The notes under the pieces were generated by a model. That model was given only the letters and a program-made list of their open reading frames with translations, had not been told where the DNA came from and made no database searches. This document shows positions 1 to 15,305 of a DNA stretch of 64,000 nucleotides, in pieces. Each line of letters starts with the position of its first letter. The first letter of the stretch is position 1. The position numbers were made by a program, and so were the translations under genes. The stretch is from Eledone cirrhosa (taxonomy: Eukaryota): positions 137,082,001 through 137,146,000 of the forward strand of contig OZ024743.1 of assembly GCA_964016885.1 (NCBI GenBank), read 5' to 3'.

Positions 1-999
1 CAGCAAACACCAAGCATCAAACACCAAACACCAAACACCAAGCACCAAACACCAAGCACCAAGCAGCAAACACCAAACACCAAGCACCAAGCACCAAGCA
101 CCAAACACCAAACACTAAGCACCAAACACCAAACACCAACACCAAGCACCAAACACCAAACAACAAGCACCAGGCACCAAGCACCAAAAACCAAACACCA
201 AGCACGCAGCATCAAACAGCAAGCACCAAGCACCAAGCACCAAACACCAAGCACCAAGCACCAAGCACCAAGTACCAAACACCAAACACCAAGCACCAAA
301 CACCAAACACCAGGCACCAAGCACCAAGCACGAAACACCATGCACCAAGCACCAAGCACCAAACACCAAACACCAAGCACCAAAAACCAGCCACCAAGCA
401 CCAAGCAGCAAACACCAAACACCAAGCACTAAGCACCAAAAACCAAACAACAAACACCAGGCACCAAGCACCAAAAACCAAACACCAAGCACGCAGCACC
501 AAACTCCAAGCACCAAGCACCAAACACCAAGCACCAAGCACCAAGCACCAAACACCAAACACCAAACACCAAGCACCAAGAACCAACCACCAAACACCAA
601 ACCCTAATCACCAAGCACCAAGCACAAAACACCAAGCACCAAGCAGCAAGCACCAAACACCAAGCACCAAGCACCAATCACCAAACACCAAGAACCAAGA
701 ACCAAACACCAAGCACCAAGGACCAAGCACCAGGCACCAAGCACAAAGCACCAAACACAAAACACTAAGCACCAAACACAAAACACCAAGCACCAAGCAC
801 CAAGCAGCAAACACCAAGCATCAAACACCAAACACCAAACACCAAGCACCAAACACCAAGCACCAAGCAGCAAACACCAAACACCAAGCACCAAGCACCA
901 AGCACCAAACACCAAACACCAAGCACCAAACACCAAACACCAAGCACCAAGCACCAAACACCAAACAACAAGCACCAGGCACCAAGCATCAAGCACCAA

Positions 1000-3900
1000 A
1001 CACCAAACACCAAGCACCAAACACCAGCCACCAAGCACCAAGCAGCAAACACCAAACACCAAGCACTAAGCACCAAAAACCAAACAACAAACACCAGGCA
1101 CCAAGCACCAAAAACCAAACACCAAGCACGCAGCACCAAACACCAAGCACCAAGCACCAAACACCAAACACCAAACACCAAGCACCAAGAACCAAACACC
1201 AAACACCAAACCCTAATCACCAAGCACCAAGCACAAAACACCAAGCACCAAGCAGCAAGCACCAAACACCAAGCACCAAGCACCAAGCACCAAGCACCAA
1301 ACACCAAGCACCAAGCACCAAACACCAAACCCCAAGCACCAAAGACCAAGCACCAAGCACCAAGAACCAAACACCAAGCACCAAGCACCAAGCACCAAAC
1401 ACCAAGCACCAAGCACCAAACACCCAGCCCCAAGCACCAAGCACCAAACACCAAGCACCAAGCACCAAACACCAAACACCAAACACCAAGCACCAAGCAC
1501 CAAACAGCAAGCACCAAACACCAAACAGCAAACATCAAACAGCAAACACCAAACACCAAACAGCAAACAGCAAACGCCAAACACCAAGCACCAAGCACCA
1601 AGCAGCAAACACCAAGCACCAAGCACCAAGCACAAAACACCAAACACCTAGCACCAAGGACCAAACATCAAACACCAAGCACCAAGCACCTAGCACAAAG
1701 CACCGAACACCAAGCACCAAACACCAAACACCAAACACCAAGCACCAAACACCAAACACCAGGCACCAAGCACCAAACACCAAGCACCATGCACCAAACA
1801 CCAAGCACCAAGCACGAAGCACCAAACACCAAGCACCAAGCACCAAACACTTAACACCAAGCACCAAGCACCAAGCACCAAACACCAAGCACCAAACACT
1901 AAGCACCAAGCACCAAGTACATACACCAAGAACCAAACACAAAACACCAAGCACCAAGCAACAAGCATCAAACACCAAGCATCAAACACCATACACAAAG
2001 CACCAAGCACCGAAACACCAAACACCAAGCACCAAGCACCAAGCACCAAGCACAAACATCAAGCACCCAGCACCAAACACCAAGCACCAAGCACCAAGCA
2101 CCAAGCACCAAACACAGAGCACCAAACACCAAACACCAAGCACCAAACACCAAACACCAAGCACCAAGCACCAAAACCCAAACACCAAGCACCAAGCACC
2201 AAACACCAAACACCAAACACCAGAAACCAAGCACCAAACACCAAACACCAAACACCAAGCACCAAGCACCAAACACCAAGCACCAATCACCAAACAGCAA
2301 ACCCCAAGCACCAAGCACCAAACACCACACAACAAGCACCAAACACCAAGAACCAGGCACCAAGCACCAAGCACCAAACACAAAAAACCAAGCACCAAAC
2401 ACCAAACACCAAGCACTAAGCACCAAGCACCAAGCACCAAACTCCAAGCACCCAGCAGCAAACACCAAACACCAAGCACCAAACACCAAACAACAAGCAC
2501 CAGGTACCAAGCACCAAACACCAAAAACCAAGCACCAAGCACCAAACACCAAGCACCAAGCACCAAGCACCAAACACCAAACACCAAACACCAAACAGCA
2601 AAAACCAAATACGAAACAGCAAACACCATACAGCAAACACCAAACACCAAAAAGCAGACAACAAACAGCTAACACCAAACACCAAACACCAGACACCAAA
2701 CACCAAGCACCAAGCACCAACCACCAAACCCCAAGCACCAATCAACAAACACTAATCACGAAGCACCAAGCACCAAACACCAAGCACCAAGCACCAAGCA
2801 CCAAACACCAAGCACCAAGCACCAAGCACAAAACACCAAGCACCAAACAACAAGCACCAAGCACCAAGCACCAAACACCAAGCACCAAGCACCAAACACC
2901 AACCACCCAGCACCAAACACCAAGCACCAAGTACCAAACACCAAACACCAAGCACCAAACACCAAACACCAAGCACCAAGCACCTAGCACGAAACACCAT
3001 GCACCAAGCACCAAGCACCAAACACCAAACACCAAGCACCAAACACCAGCCACCAAGCACCAAGCACCAAACACCAAACACCAAGCACTAAGCACCAAAA
3101 ACCAAACAACAAGCACCAGGCACCAAGCAGCAAACACCAAGCATCAAACACCAAACACCAAACACCAAGCACCAAACACCAAGCACCAAGCAGCAAACAC
3201 CAAACACCAAGCCCCAAGCACCAAGCACCAAACACCAAACACCAAGCACCAAACACCAAACACCAAGCACCAAGCACCAAACACCAAACAACAAGCACCA
3301 GGCACCAAGCACCAAACACCAAACACCAAGCACGCAGCATCAAACAGCAAGCACCAAGCACCAAGCACCAAACACCAAGCACCAAGCACCAAGCACCAAG
3401 TACCAAACACCAAACACCAAGCACCAAACACCAAACACCAGGCACCAAGCACCAAGCACGAAACACCATGCACCAAGCACCAAGCACCAAACACCAAACA
3501 CCAAGCACCAAACACCAGCCACCAAGCACCAAGCAGCAAACACCAAACACCAAGCACTAAGCACCAAAAACCAAACAACAAACACCAGGCACCAAGCACC
3601 AAAAACCAAACACCAAGCACGCAGCACCAAACACCAAGCACCAAGCACCAAACACCAAGCACCAAGCACCAAGCACCAAACACCAAACACCAAACACCAA
3701 GCACCAAGAACCAAACACCAAACACCAAACCCTAATCACCAAGCACCAAGCACAAAACACCAAGCACCAAGCAGCAAGCACCAAACACCAAGCACAAAGC
3801 ACCAAGCACCAAGCACCAAACACCAAGCACCAAGCACCAAACACCAAACCCCAAGCACCAAAGACCAAGCACCAAGCACCAAGAACCAAACACCAAGCAC

Positions 3901-5580
3901 CAAGCACGAAGCACCAAACACCAAGCACCAAGCACCAAACACCCAGCCCCAAGCACCAAGCACCAAACACCAAGCACCAAGCACCAAACACCAAGCACCA
4001 AACACCAAGCACCAAGCACCAAACAGCAAGCACCAAACACCAAACAGCAAACATCAAACAGCAAACACCAAACACCTAACAGCAAACAGCAAACGCCAAA
4101 CACCAAGCACCAAGCACCAAGCAGCAAACACCAAGCACCAAGCACCAAGCACAAAACACCAAACACCTAGCACCAAGGACCAAACATCAAACACCAAGCA
4201 CCAAACACCAAACACCAAACACCAAGCACCAAACACCAAACACCAGGCACCAAGCACCAAACACCAAGCGCCATGCACCAAACACCAAGCACCAAGCACG
4301 AAGCACCAAACACCAAGCACCAAGCACCAAACACTTAACACCAAGCACCAAGCACCAAGCACCAAACACCAAGCACCAAACACTAAGCACCAAGCACCAA
4401 GTACATACACCAAGAACCAAACACAAAACACCAAGCACCAAGCAACAAGCATCAAACACCAAGCATCAAACACCATACACAAAGCACCAAGCACCGAAAC
4501 ACCAAACACCAAGCACCAAGCACCAAGCACAAACATCAAGCACCCAGCACCAAACACCATGCACCAAGCACCAAGCACCAAACACAGAGCACCAAACACC
4601 AAACACCAACCACCAAACACCAAACACCAAGCACCAAGCACCAAAACCCAAACACCAAGCACCAAGCACCAAACACCAAACACCAAACACCAGAAACCAA
4701 GCACCAAACACCAAACACCAAACACCAAGCACCAAGCACCAAACACCAAGCACCAAGCACCAAACAGCAAACCCCAAGCACCAAGCACCAAACACTAATC
4801 ACCAAGCACCAAGCACCACACAACAAGCACCAAACACCAAGAACCAGGCACCAAGCACCAAGCACCAAACACAAAACACCAAGCACCAAACACCAAACAC
4901 CAAGCACTAAGCACCAAGCACCAAGCACCAAACTCCAAGCACCCAGCAGCAAACACCAAACACCAAGCACCAAACACCAAACAACAAGCACCAGGTACCA
5001 AGCACCAAACTCCAAAAACCAAGCACCAAGCACCAAACACCAAGCACCAAGCACCAAGCACCAAACACCAAACACCAAACACCAAACAGCAAAAACCAAA
5101 TACGAAACAGCAAACACCATACAGCAAACACCAAACACTAAAAAGCAGACACCAAACAGCTAACACCAAACACCAAACACCAGACACCAAACACCAAGCA
5201 CCAAGCACCAACCACCAAGCCCCAAGCACCAATCAACAAACACTAATCACGAAGCACCAAGCACCAAACACCAAGCACCAAGCACCAAGCACCAAACACC
5301 AAGCACCAAGCACCAAGCACAAAACACCAAGCACCAAACAACAAGCACCAAGCACCAAGCACCAAACACCAAGCACCAAGCACCAAACACCAACCACCCA
5401 GCACCAAACACCAAGCACCAAGTACCAAACACCAAACACCAAGCACCAAACACCAAACACCAAGCACCAAGCACCTAGCACAAAACACCATGCACCAAGC
5501 ACCAAGCACCAAACACCAAACACCAAGCACCAAACACCAGCCACCAAGCACCAAGCACCAAACACCAAGCACTAAGCACC
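1000..5580 (+). repeat. Higher-order tandem duplication, period about 2.49-2.52 kb (about 1000-3090 repeated at about 3500-5580)
   Basis: Landmark offsets: CACCAGC 1022/3513 (2491), CCCTAAT 1211/3730 (2519), TACATA 1918/4402 (2484), TACGAAA 2610/5101 (2491). ORF-track pairs 2416/4907, 2742/5233 and 2984/5475 are all offset by 2491. Confidence 0.9.
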
Positions 5581-6734
5581 AAAAACCAAACAACAAGCAC
5601 CAGGCACCAAGCACCAAACACCAAACACCAAGCACGCAGCACCAAACACCAAGCACCAAGCACCAAGCACCAAACACCAAGCACCAAGCACCAAGCACCA
5701 AATACCAAACACCAAGCACCAAGAACCAAACACCAAACACCAAACAGCAAGCACCAAGCACCAAACACCAAGCACGAAACACCAAACCCCAAGCACCAAT
5801 CACCAAACACTAATCACCAAGCACCAAGCACCAAACGCCAAGCACCAAGCAGCAAGCACCAAACACCAAGCACCAAGCACCAAACACCAAGCACCAAACA
5901 CCAAACACCAAACCCCAAGCACCAAAGACCAAGCACCAAGCACCAAGCACCAAGCACCAAACAGCAAACATCAAACAGCAAACACCAAACAGCAAACAGC
6001 AAACAGCAAACGCCAAACACCAAGCACCAAGCACCAAACACCAAGCACCAACACCAAGCACAAAACACCAAACACCAAGCACGAAGGACCAAACATCAAA
6101 CACCAAGCACCAAGCACCTAGCACAAAGCACCGAACACCAAGCACCAAACACCAAGCACCAAGCACGAAGCACCAAACACGAAGCACCAAGCACCAAACA
6201 CTTAACACCAAGCACCAAGCACCAAGCACCTAACACCAAGCACCAAACACCAAACACCAAGCACCAAGTACCAAACACCAAGCACCAAGCACCAAACACC
6301 AAGCACCAAGCACCAATCACCAAACACCAAGAACCAAGCACCAAACACCAAGCACCAAGCACATACACCAAGAACCAAGCACCAAACACCAAACACCAAA
6401 CACCAAGCACAAAGCACCAAACACCAAGCACCAAGCACCAAACAGCAAACCCCAAGCACCAAACACAAAACACCAAGCACCAAGCAACAAGCATCAAACA
6501 CCAAGTATCAAACACCAAACAACAAGCACCAAGCACCAAACACCAAACACCAAGCACCAAGCACCAAGCACCAAGCACAAACATCAAGCACCCAGCACCA
6601 AACACCAAGCACCAAGCACCAAGCACCAAACACCAAGCACCAAACACCAAACACCAAGCACCAAACACCAAACACCAAGCACCAAGCACCAAAACCCAAA
6701 CACCAAGCACCAAGCACCAAACACCAAACACCAA

Positions 6735-9700
6735 ACACCAGAAACCAAGCATCAAACACCAAACACCAAACACCAAGCACAAAGCACCAAACACCAAGCA
6801 CCAAGCACCAAACAGCAAACCCCAAGCACCAAGCACCAAACACTAATCACCAAGCAACAAGCACCACACAACAAGCACCAAGCACCAAGAACCAGGCACC
6901 AAGCACCAAGCACCAAACACAAAACACCAAGCACGAAGCACCAAGTAGCACACACCAAGCATCAAACACCAAACACCAAACACCAAGCACCAAACACCAA
7001 ACACCAAGTCCTAAGCACCAAGCACCAAGCACCAAACTCCAAGCACCCAGCACCAAACACCAAACACCAAGCACCAAGCACCAAACACCAAACACCAAGC
7101 ACCAAGCACCAAGCACCAAACACCAAACACCAAACACCAAACACCAAGCACCAAACACCAAGCACCAAGCACCAAGCACCAAGCACCAAGCACCAAACAC
7201 CAAGCACCAAGCACCAAGCACCAAACACCAAACACCAAGCACCAAACACCAAGCACCAAGCACCAAACAACAAGCACCAAGCACCAAGCACCAAACACCA
7301 AGCACCAAGCACCAAGCACCAAACACCAAGCACCAAGCACCAACCACCAAACCCCAAGCACCAAGCAACAAACACTAATCACCAAGTACCAAGCACCAAA
7401 CACCAAGCACCAAGCACCAAGCACCAAACACCAAGCACCAAGCACCAAGCACCAAACACCAAACACCAAGCACCAAACACCAAGCACCAAGCACCAAACA
7501 ACAAGCACCAAGCACCAAGCACCAAACACCAAGCACCAAGCACCAAACACCAACCACCCAGCACCAAGCCCCAAGCACCAAGCACCAAACACCAAACACC
7601 AAGCACCAAGCACCAACCACCAAACCCCAAGCACCAATCAACAAACACTAATCACCAAGCACCAAGCACCAAACACCAAGCACCAAGCACCAAGCACCAA
7701 ACACCAAGCACCAAGCACCAAGCACCAAACACCAAGCACCAAACACCAAACACCAAGTACCAAGCACCAAACACCAAACACCAAGCACCAAGCACCAAGC
7801 ACCAAACACCAAACAACAAGCACCAAACACCAAACACCAAGCACCAAAAACCAAACACCAAGCACCAAGGACCCAACATCAAACACCAAGCACCAAGCAC
7901 CAAACACCAAACACCAAGCACCAAGCACCAAGCACCAAGCACCAAGAACCAAGCACCAAGTACCAAACACCAACCACCAAGCACCAAACACCAAACACCA
8001 AGCACCAAACACCAAGCACGAAACACCAGGCACCAAGCACCAAACACCAAACACCAAGCACCAAACACCAGCCACCAAGCACCAAGCACCAAACTCCAAA
8101 CACCAAGCACTAAGCACCAAACACCAAACAACAAGCAGCAGGCACCAAGCACCAAACACCAAACACCAAGCACGCAACACCAAACACCAAGTCGCATGCA
8201 CCAAGCACCAAACACCAAACAGCAAGCACCAAGCACCAAACACCAAACAACAAGCACCAGGCACCAAGCACCAAACACCAAACACCAAGCACCAAGCACC
8301 AAACACCAAACACCAAGTCCCACGCACCAAGCACCAAACACCAAACAGCAAGCACCAAGCACCAAACACCAAACAACAAGCACCAGGCACCAAGCACCAA
8401 ACACCAAACACCAAGCACCAAGCACCAAACACCAAACACCAAGCACGCAGCATCAAACACCAAGCACCAAGCGCCAAGCACCAAACACCAATCACCAAGC
8501 ACCAAGCACCAAGTACCAAACACCAACCACCAAGCACCAAACACCAAACACCAAGCACCAAACACCAAGCACGAAACACCAGGCACCAAGCACCAAACAC
8601 CAAACACCAAGCACCAAACACCAGCCACCAAGCACCAAGCACCAAACTCCAAACACCAAGCACTAAGCACCAAACACCAAACAACAAGCAGCAGGCACCA
8701 AGCACCAAACACCAAACACCAAGCACGCAACACCAAACACCAAGCACCAAGCACCAAACACCAATCACCTAGCACCAAGCACCAAACACCAAACACCAAA
8801 CACTAATCACCAAGCACCAAGCACCAAACACCAAGCACCAAGCAGCAAGCACCAAACACCAAGCACCAAGCACCAAACACCAAGCACCAAGCACCAAACA
8901 GCAAGCACCAAATACCAAGCACCAAACACCAAGCACCAAACACCAAGCCCCACGCACCAAGCACCAAACACCAGACACCAAGCACCAAGCACCAAACACC
9001 AAGCACCAAGCACGAAGCCCCTAGCACCAAACACCAAACACCAATCAAAAAGCACCAAACACCAAGCACCAATCACCAAGCACCACATACCAAACACCAA
9101 GCACCAAGGTCCAAACATCAAACAACAAGAACCAGGCACCAAGCACCAAACACAAAAACACCAAGCACCAAGCACCAAACACCAAACACCAAGCACGCAG
9201 CATCAAACACCAAGCACCAAGCACCAAGCACCAAAGACCAAGCACCAAGCACCAAGTACCAAACACCAAACACCAAGCACCAAACACCAAACACCAAGCA
9301 CCAAGCACCAAGCACGAAACACCAGGCACCAAGCACCAAGCACAAAACACCAAACACCAAGCACCAAACACCAGCCACCAAGCACCAAGTATCAAACACC
9401 AAACACCAAGCACTATGCACCAAACACCAAACAACAAGCACCAGGCACCAAGCACCAAGCACCAAACACCAAGCACGCAGCACCAAACACCAAGCACCAA
9501 GCACCATACACCAAACACCAAGCACCAAGCACCAAGCACCAAACACCAAACACCAAACACCAAGCACCAAGAACCAAACACCAAACACCAAACAGCAAGC
9601 ACCAAGCACCAAACACCAAGCACCAAACACCAAACCCCAAGCACCAATCACCAAACACTAATCAACAAGCACCAAGCACCAAACACGAAGCACCAAGCAG

Positions 9701-12700
9701 CAAGCACCAAACACCAAGCACCAAGCACCAAGCACCAAGCACCAAACACCAAGCACCAAGCACCAAACACCAAACCCCAAGCACCAAAGACCAAGCACAA
9801 AGCACCAAGGACCAAACACCAAGCACCAAGCACCAAGCACCAAACACCAAGCACCAAGCACCAAACACCCAGCACCAAGCACCAAGCACCAAACACCAAG
9901 CACCAAGCACCAAACACCAAACACCAAACACCAAGCACCAAGCACCAAACAGCAAGCACCAAACACCAAACAACAAACAGCAAACGCCAAACACCAAGCA
10001 CCAAGCACCAAGCACCAAACACCAAGCACCAAGCACCAAGCACAAATCAGCAAACACCAAGCACCAAGGACCAAACATTAAACACCAAGCACCAAGCACC
10101 AAACACCAAACACCAATCACCAAGCACCAAGCACAAAGCACCGAACACCAAGCACCAAGCACCAAGCACCAAACACCAAGCACCAAACACCAAGCACCAG
10201 GCACCAAGCACCAAACACCAGGCACCATGCACCAAACACCAAGCACCAAGCACGAAGCACCAAACACCAAGCACCAAACACCAAACACTTAACACCAAGC
10301 ACCAAGCACCAAGCACCAAGCACCAAGCACCAAACACCAAACACCAAGCACCAAGTATCAAACACCAAGCACCAAGCACCAAACACCAAGCAGCAAGCAC
10401 CAATCACCAAACACCAAGAACCAAGCACCAAACACCAACTACCAAGCACCAAGTACATACACCAAGCACCAAACACCAAACACAAAACACCAAGCACCAA
10501 ACACCGAGCACCAAACACCAGATACCAAGCACCAAGCACCAAACACCAAACACGAAGCACGCAACATCAAACACCAAGCACCAAGCACCAAGCACCAAGC
10601 AACAAATACCAAGCACCAAGCACCAAGTACCAAACACCAACCACCAAGCACCAAACACCAAACACCAAGCTCCAAGCACCAAGCACGAAACACCAGGCAC
10701 CAAGCACCAAGCACCAAACACCAAGCACCAAACACCAAACACCAAGCACCAAGTATCAAACACCAAGCACCAAGCACCAAACACCAAGCAGCAAGCACCA
10801 ATCACCAAACACCAAGAACCAAGCACCAAACACCAACCACCAAGCACCAAGTACATACACCAAGCACCAAACACCAAACACAAAACACCAAGCACCAAGC
10901 ACCAAGCACGAAACACCAAGCCCCAAGCACCAAGCACCAAACACCAAACACCAAGCACCAAACACAAAACACAAACACCAAGCACCAAGCAGCACACACC
11001 CAGCATCAAACACCAAACACCAAACACCAGAAACCAAGCATCAAACACCAAACACCAAACACCAAGCACAAAGCACCAAACACCAAGCACCAAGCACCAA
11101 ACAGCAAACCCCAAGCACCAAGCACCAAACACTAATCACCAAGCAACAAGCACCACACAACAAGCACCAAGCACCAAGAACCAGGCACCAAGCACCAAGC
11201 ACCAAACACAAAACACCAAGCACGAAGCACCAAGTAGCACACACCAAGCATCAAACACCAAACACCAAACACCAAGCACCAAACACCAAACACCAAGTCC
11301 TAAGCACCAAGCACCAAGCACCAAACTCCAAGCACCCAGCACCAAACACCAAACACCAAGCACCAAGCACCAAACACCAAACACCAAGCACCAAGCACCA
11401 AGCACCAAACACCAAACACCAAACACCAAACACCAAGCACCAAACACCAAGCACCAAGCACCAAGCACCAAGCACCAAGCACCAAACACCAAGCACCAAG
11501 CACCAAGCACCAAACACCAAACACCAAGCACCAAACACCAAGCACCAAGCACCAAACAACAAGCACCAAGCACCAAGCACCAAACACCAAGCACCAAGCA
11601 CCAAGCACCAAACACCAAGCACCAAGCACCAACCACCAAACCCCAAGCACCAAGCAACAAACACTAATCACCAAGTACCAAGCACCAAGCACCAAGCACC
11701 AAGCACCAAACACCAAGCACCAAGCACCAAGCACCAAACACCAAACACCAAGCACCAAACACCAAGCACCAAGCACCAAACAACAAGCACCAAGCACCAA
11801 GCACCAAACACCAAGCACCAAGCACCAAACACCAACCGCCCAGCACCAAGCCCCAAGCACCAAGCACCAAACACCAAACACCAAGCACCAAGCACCAACC
11901 ACCAAACCCCAAGCACCAATCAACAAACACTAATCACCAAGCACCAAGCACCAAACACCAAGCACCAAGCACCAAGCACCAAACACCAAGCACCAAGCAC
12001 CAAGCACCAAACACCAAGCACCAAACACCAAACACCAAGCACCAAGCACCAAACACCAAACACCAAGCACCAAGCACCAAGCACCAAACACCAAACAACA
12101 AGCACCAAACACCAAACACCAAGCACCAAAAACCAAACACCAAGCACCAAGGACCCAACATCAAACACCAAGCACCAAGCACCAAACACCAAACACCAAG
12201 CACCAAGCACCAAGCACCAAGCACCAAGCACCAAGCACCAAGTACCAAACACCAACCACCAAGCACCAAACACCAAACACCAAGCACCAAACACCAAGCA
12301 CGAAACACCAGGCACCAAGCACCAAACACCAAACACCAAGCACCAAACACCAGCCACCAAGCACCAAGCACCAAACTCCAAACACCAAGCACTAAGCACC
12401 AAACACCAAACAACAAGCAGCAGGCACCAAGCACCAAACACCAAACACCAAGCACGCAACACCAAACACCAAGTCGCATGCACCAAGCACCAAACACCAA
12501 ACAGCAAGCACCAAGCACCAAACACCAAACGACAAGCACCAGGCACCAAGCACCAAACACCAAACACCAAGCACCAAGCACCAAACACCAAACACCAAGT
12601 CCCACGCACCAAGCACCAAACACCAAACAGCAAGCACCAAGCACCAAACACCAAACAACAAGCACCAGGCACCAAGCACCAAACACCAAACACCAAGCAC

Positions 12701-15305
12701 CAAGCACCAAACACCAAACACCAAGCACGCAGCATCAAACACCAAGCACCAAGCGCCAAGCACCAAACACCAATCACCAAGCACCAAGCACCAAGTACCA
12801 AACACCAACCACCAAGCACCAAACACCAAACACCAAGCACCAAACACCAAGCACGAAACACCAGGCACCAAGCACCAAACACCAAACACCAAGCACCAAA
12901 CACCAGCCACCAAGCACCAAGCACCAAACTCCAAACACCAAGCACTAAGCACCAAACACCAAACAACAAGCAGCAGGCACCAAGCACCAAACACCAAACA
13001 CCAAGCACGCAACACCAAACACCAAGCACCAAGCACCAAACACCAATCACCTAGCACCAAGCACCAAACACCAAACACCAAACACTAATCACCAAGCACC
13101 AAGCACCAAACACCAAGCACCAAGCAGCAAGCACCAAACACCAAGCACCAAGCACCAAACACCAAGCACCAAGCACCAAACAGCAAGCACCAAATACCAA
13201 GCACCAAACACCAAGCACCAAACACCAAGCCCCACGCACCAAGCACCAAACACCAGACACCAAGCACCAAGCACCAAACACCAAGCACCAAGCACGAAGC
13301 CCCTAGCACCAAACACCAAACACCAATCAAAAAGCACCAAACACCAAGCACCAATCACCAAGCACCACATACCAAACACCAAGCACCAAGGTCCAAACAT
13401 CAAACAACAAGAACCAGGCACCAAGCACCAAACACAAAAACACCAAGCACCAAGCACCAAACACCAAACACCAAGCACGCAGCATCAAACACCAAGCACC
13501 AAGCACCAAGCACCAAAGACCAAGCACCAAGCACCAAGTACCAAACACCAAACACCAAGCACCAAACACCAAACACCAAGCACCAAGCACCAAGCACGAA
13601 ACACCAGGCACCAAGCACCAAGCACAAAACACCAAACACCAAGCACCAAACACCAGCCACCAAGCACCAAGTATCAAACACCAAACACCAAGCACTATGC
13701 ACCAAACACCAAACAACAAGCACCAGGCACCAGGCACCAAGCACCAAACACCAAGCACGCAGCACCAAACACCAAGCACCAAGCACCAAACACCAAACAC
13801 CAAGCACCAAGCACCAAGCACCAAACACCAAACACCAAACACCAAGCACCAAGAACCAAACACCAAACACCAAACAGCAAGCACCAAGCACCAAACACCA
13901 AGCACCAAACACCAAACCCCAAGCACCAATCACCAAACACTAATCAACAAGCACCAAGCACCAAACACGAAGCACCAAGCAGCAAGCACCAAACACCAAG
14001 CACCAAGCACCAAGCACCAAGCACCAAACACCAAGCACCAAGCACCAAACACCAAACCCCAAGCACCAAAGACCAAGCACAAAGCACCAAGGACCAAACA
14101 CCAAGCACCAAGCACCAAGCACCAAACACCAAGCACCAAGCACCAAACACCCAGCACCAAGCACCAAGCACCAAACACCAAGCACCAATCACCAAACACC
14201 AAACACCAAACACCAAGCACCAAGCACCAAACAGCAAGCACCAAACACCAAACAACAAACAGCAAACGCCAAACACCAAGCACCAAGCACCAAGCACCAA
14301 ACACCAAGCACCAAGCACCAAGCACAAATCAGCAAACACCAAGCACCAAGGACCAAACATCAAACACCAAGCACCAAGCACCAAACACCAAACACCAATC
14401 ACCAAGCACCAAGCACAAAGCACCGAACACCAAGCACCAAGCACCAAGCACCAAACACCAAGCACCAAACACCAAGCACCAGGCACCAAGCACCAAACAC
14501 CAGGCACCATGCACCAAACACCAAGCACCAAGCACGAAGCACCAAACACCAAGCACCAAACACCAAACACTTAACACCAAGCACCAAGCACCAAGCACCA
14601 AGCACCAAGCACCAAACACCAAACACCAAGCACCAAGTATCAAACACCAAGCACCAAGCACCAAACACCAAGCAGCAAGCACCAATCACCAAACACCAAG
14701 AACCAAGCACCAAACACCAACTACCAAGCACCAAGTACATACACCAAGCACCAAACACCAAACACAAAACACCAAGCACCAAACACCGAGCACCAAACAC
14801 CAGATACCAAGCACCAAGCACCAAACACCAAACACGAAGCACGCAACATCAAACACCAAGCACCAAGCACCAAGCACCAAGCAACAAACACCAAGCACCA
14901 AGCACCAAGTACCAAACACCAACCACCAAGCACCAAACACCAAACACCAAGCTCCAAGCACCAAGCACGAAACACCAGGCACCAAGCACCAAGCACCAAA
15001 CACCAAGCACCAAACACCAAACACCAAGCACCAAGTATCAAACACCAAGCACCAAGCACCAAACACCAAGCAGCAAGCACCAATCACCAAACACCAAGAA
15101 CCAAGCACCAAACACCAACCACCAAGCACCAAGTACATACACCAAGCACCAAACACCAAACACAAAACACCAAGCACCAAGCACCAAGCACGAAACACCA
15201 AGCCCCAAGCACCAAGCACCAAACACCAAACACCAAGCACCAAACACAAAACACAAACACCAAGCACCAAGCAGCACACACCCAGCATCAAACACCAAAC
15301 ACCAA
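6735..15305 (+). repeat. Higher-order tandem duplication, period 4282-4289 bp (2 copies)
   Basis: CACCAGA-AACCAAG-CATCAAA at 6736/11025 (4289). Near-identical ORF pairs 7638/11920, 8196/12478, 9415/13697 and 10404/14686 are offset by 4282. Confidence 0.93.
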
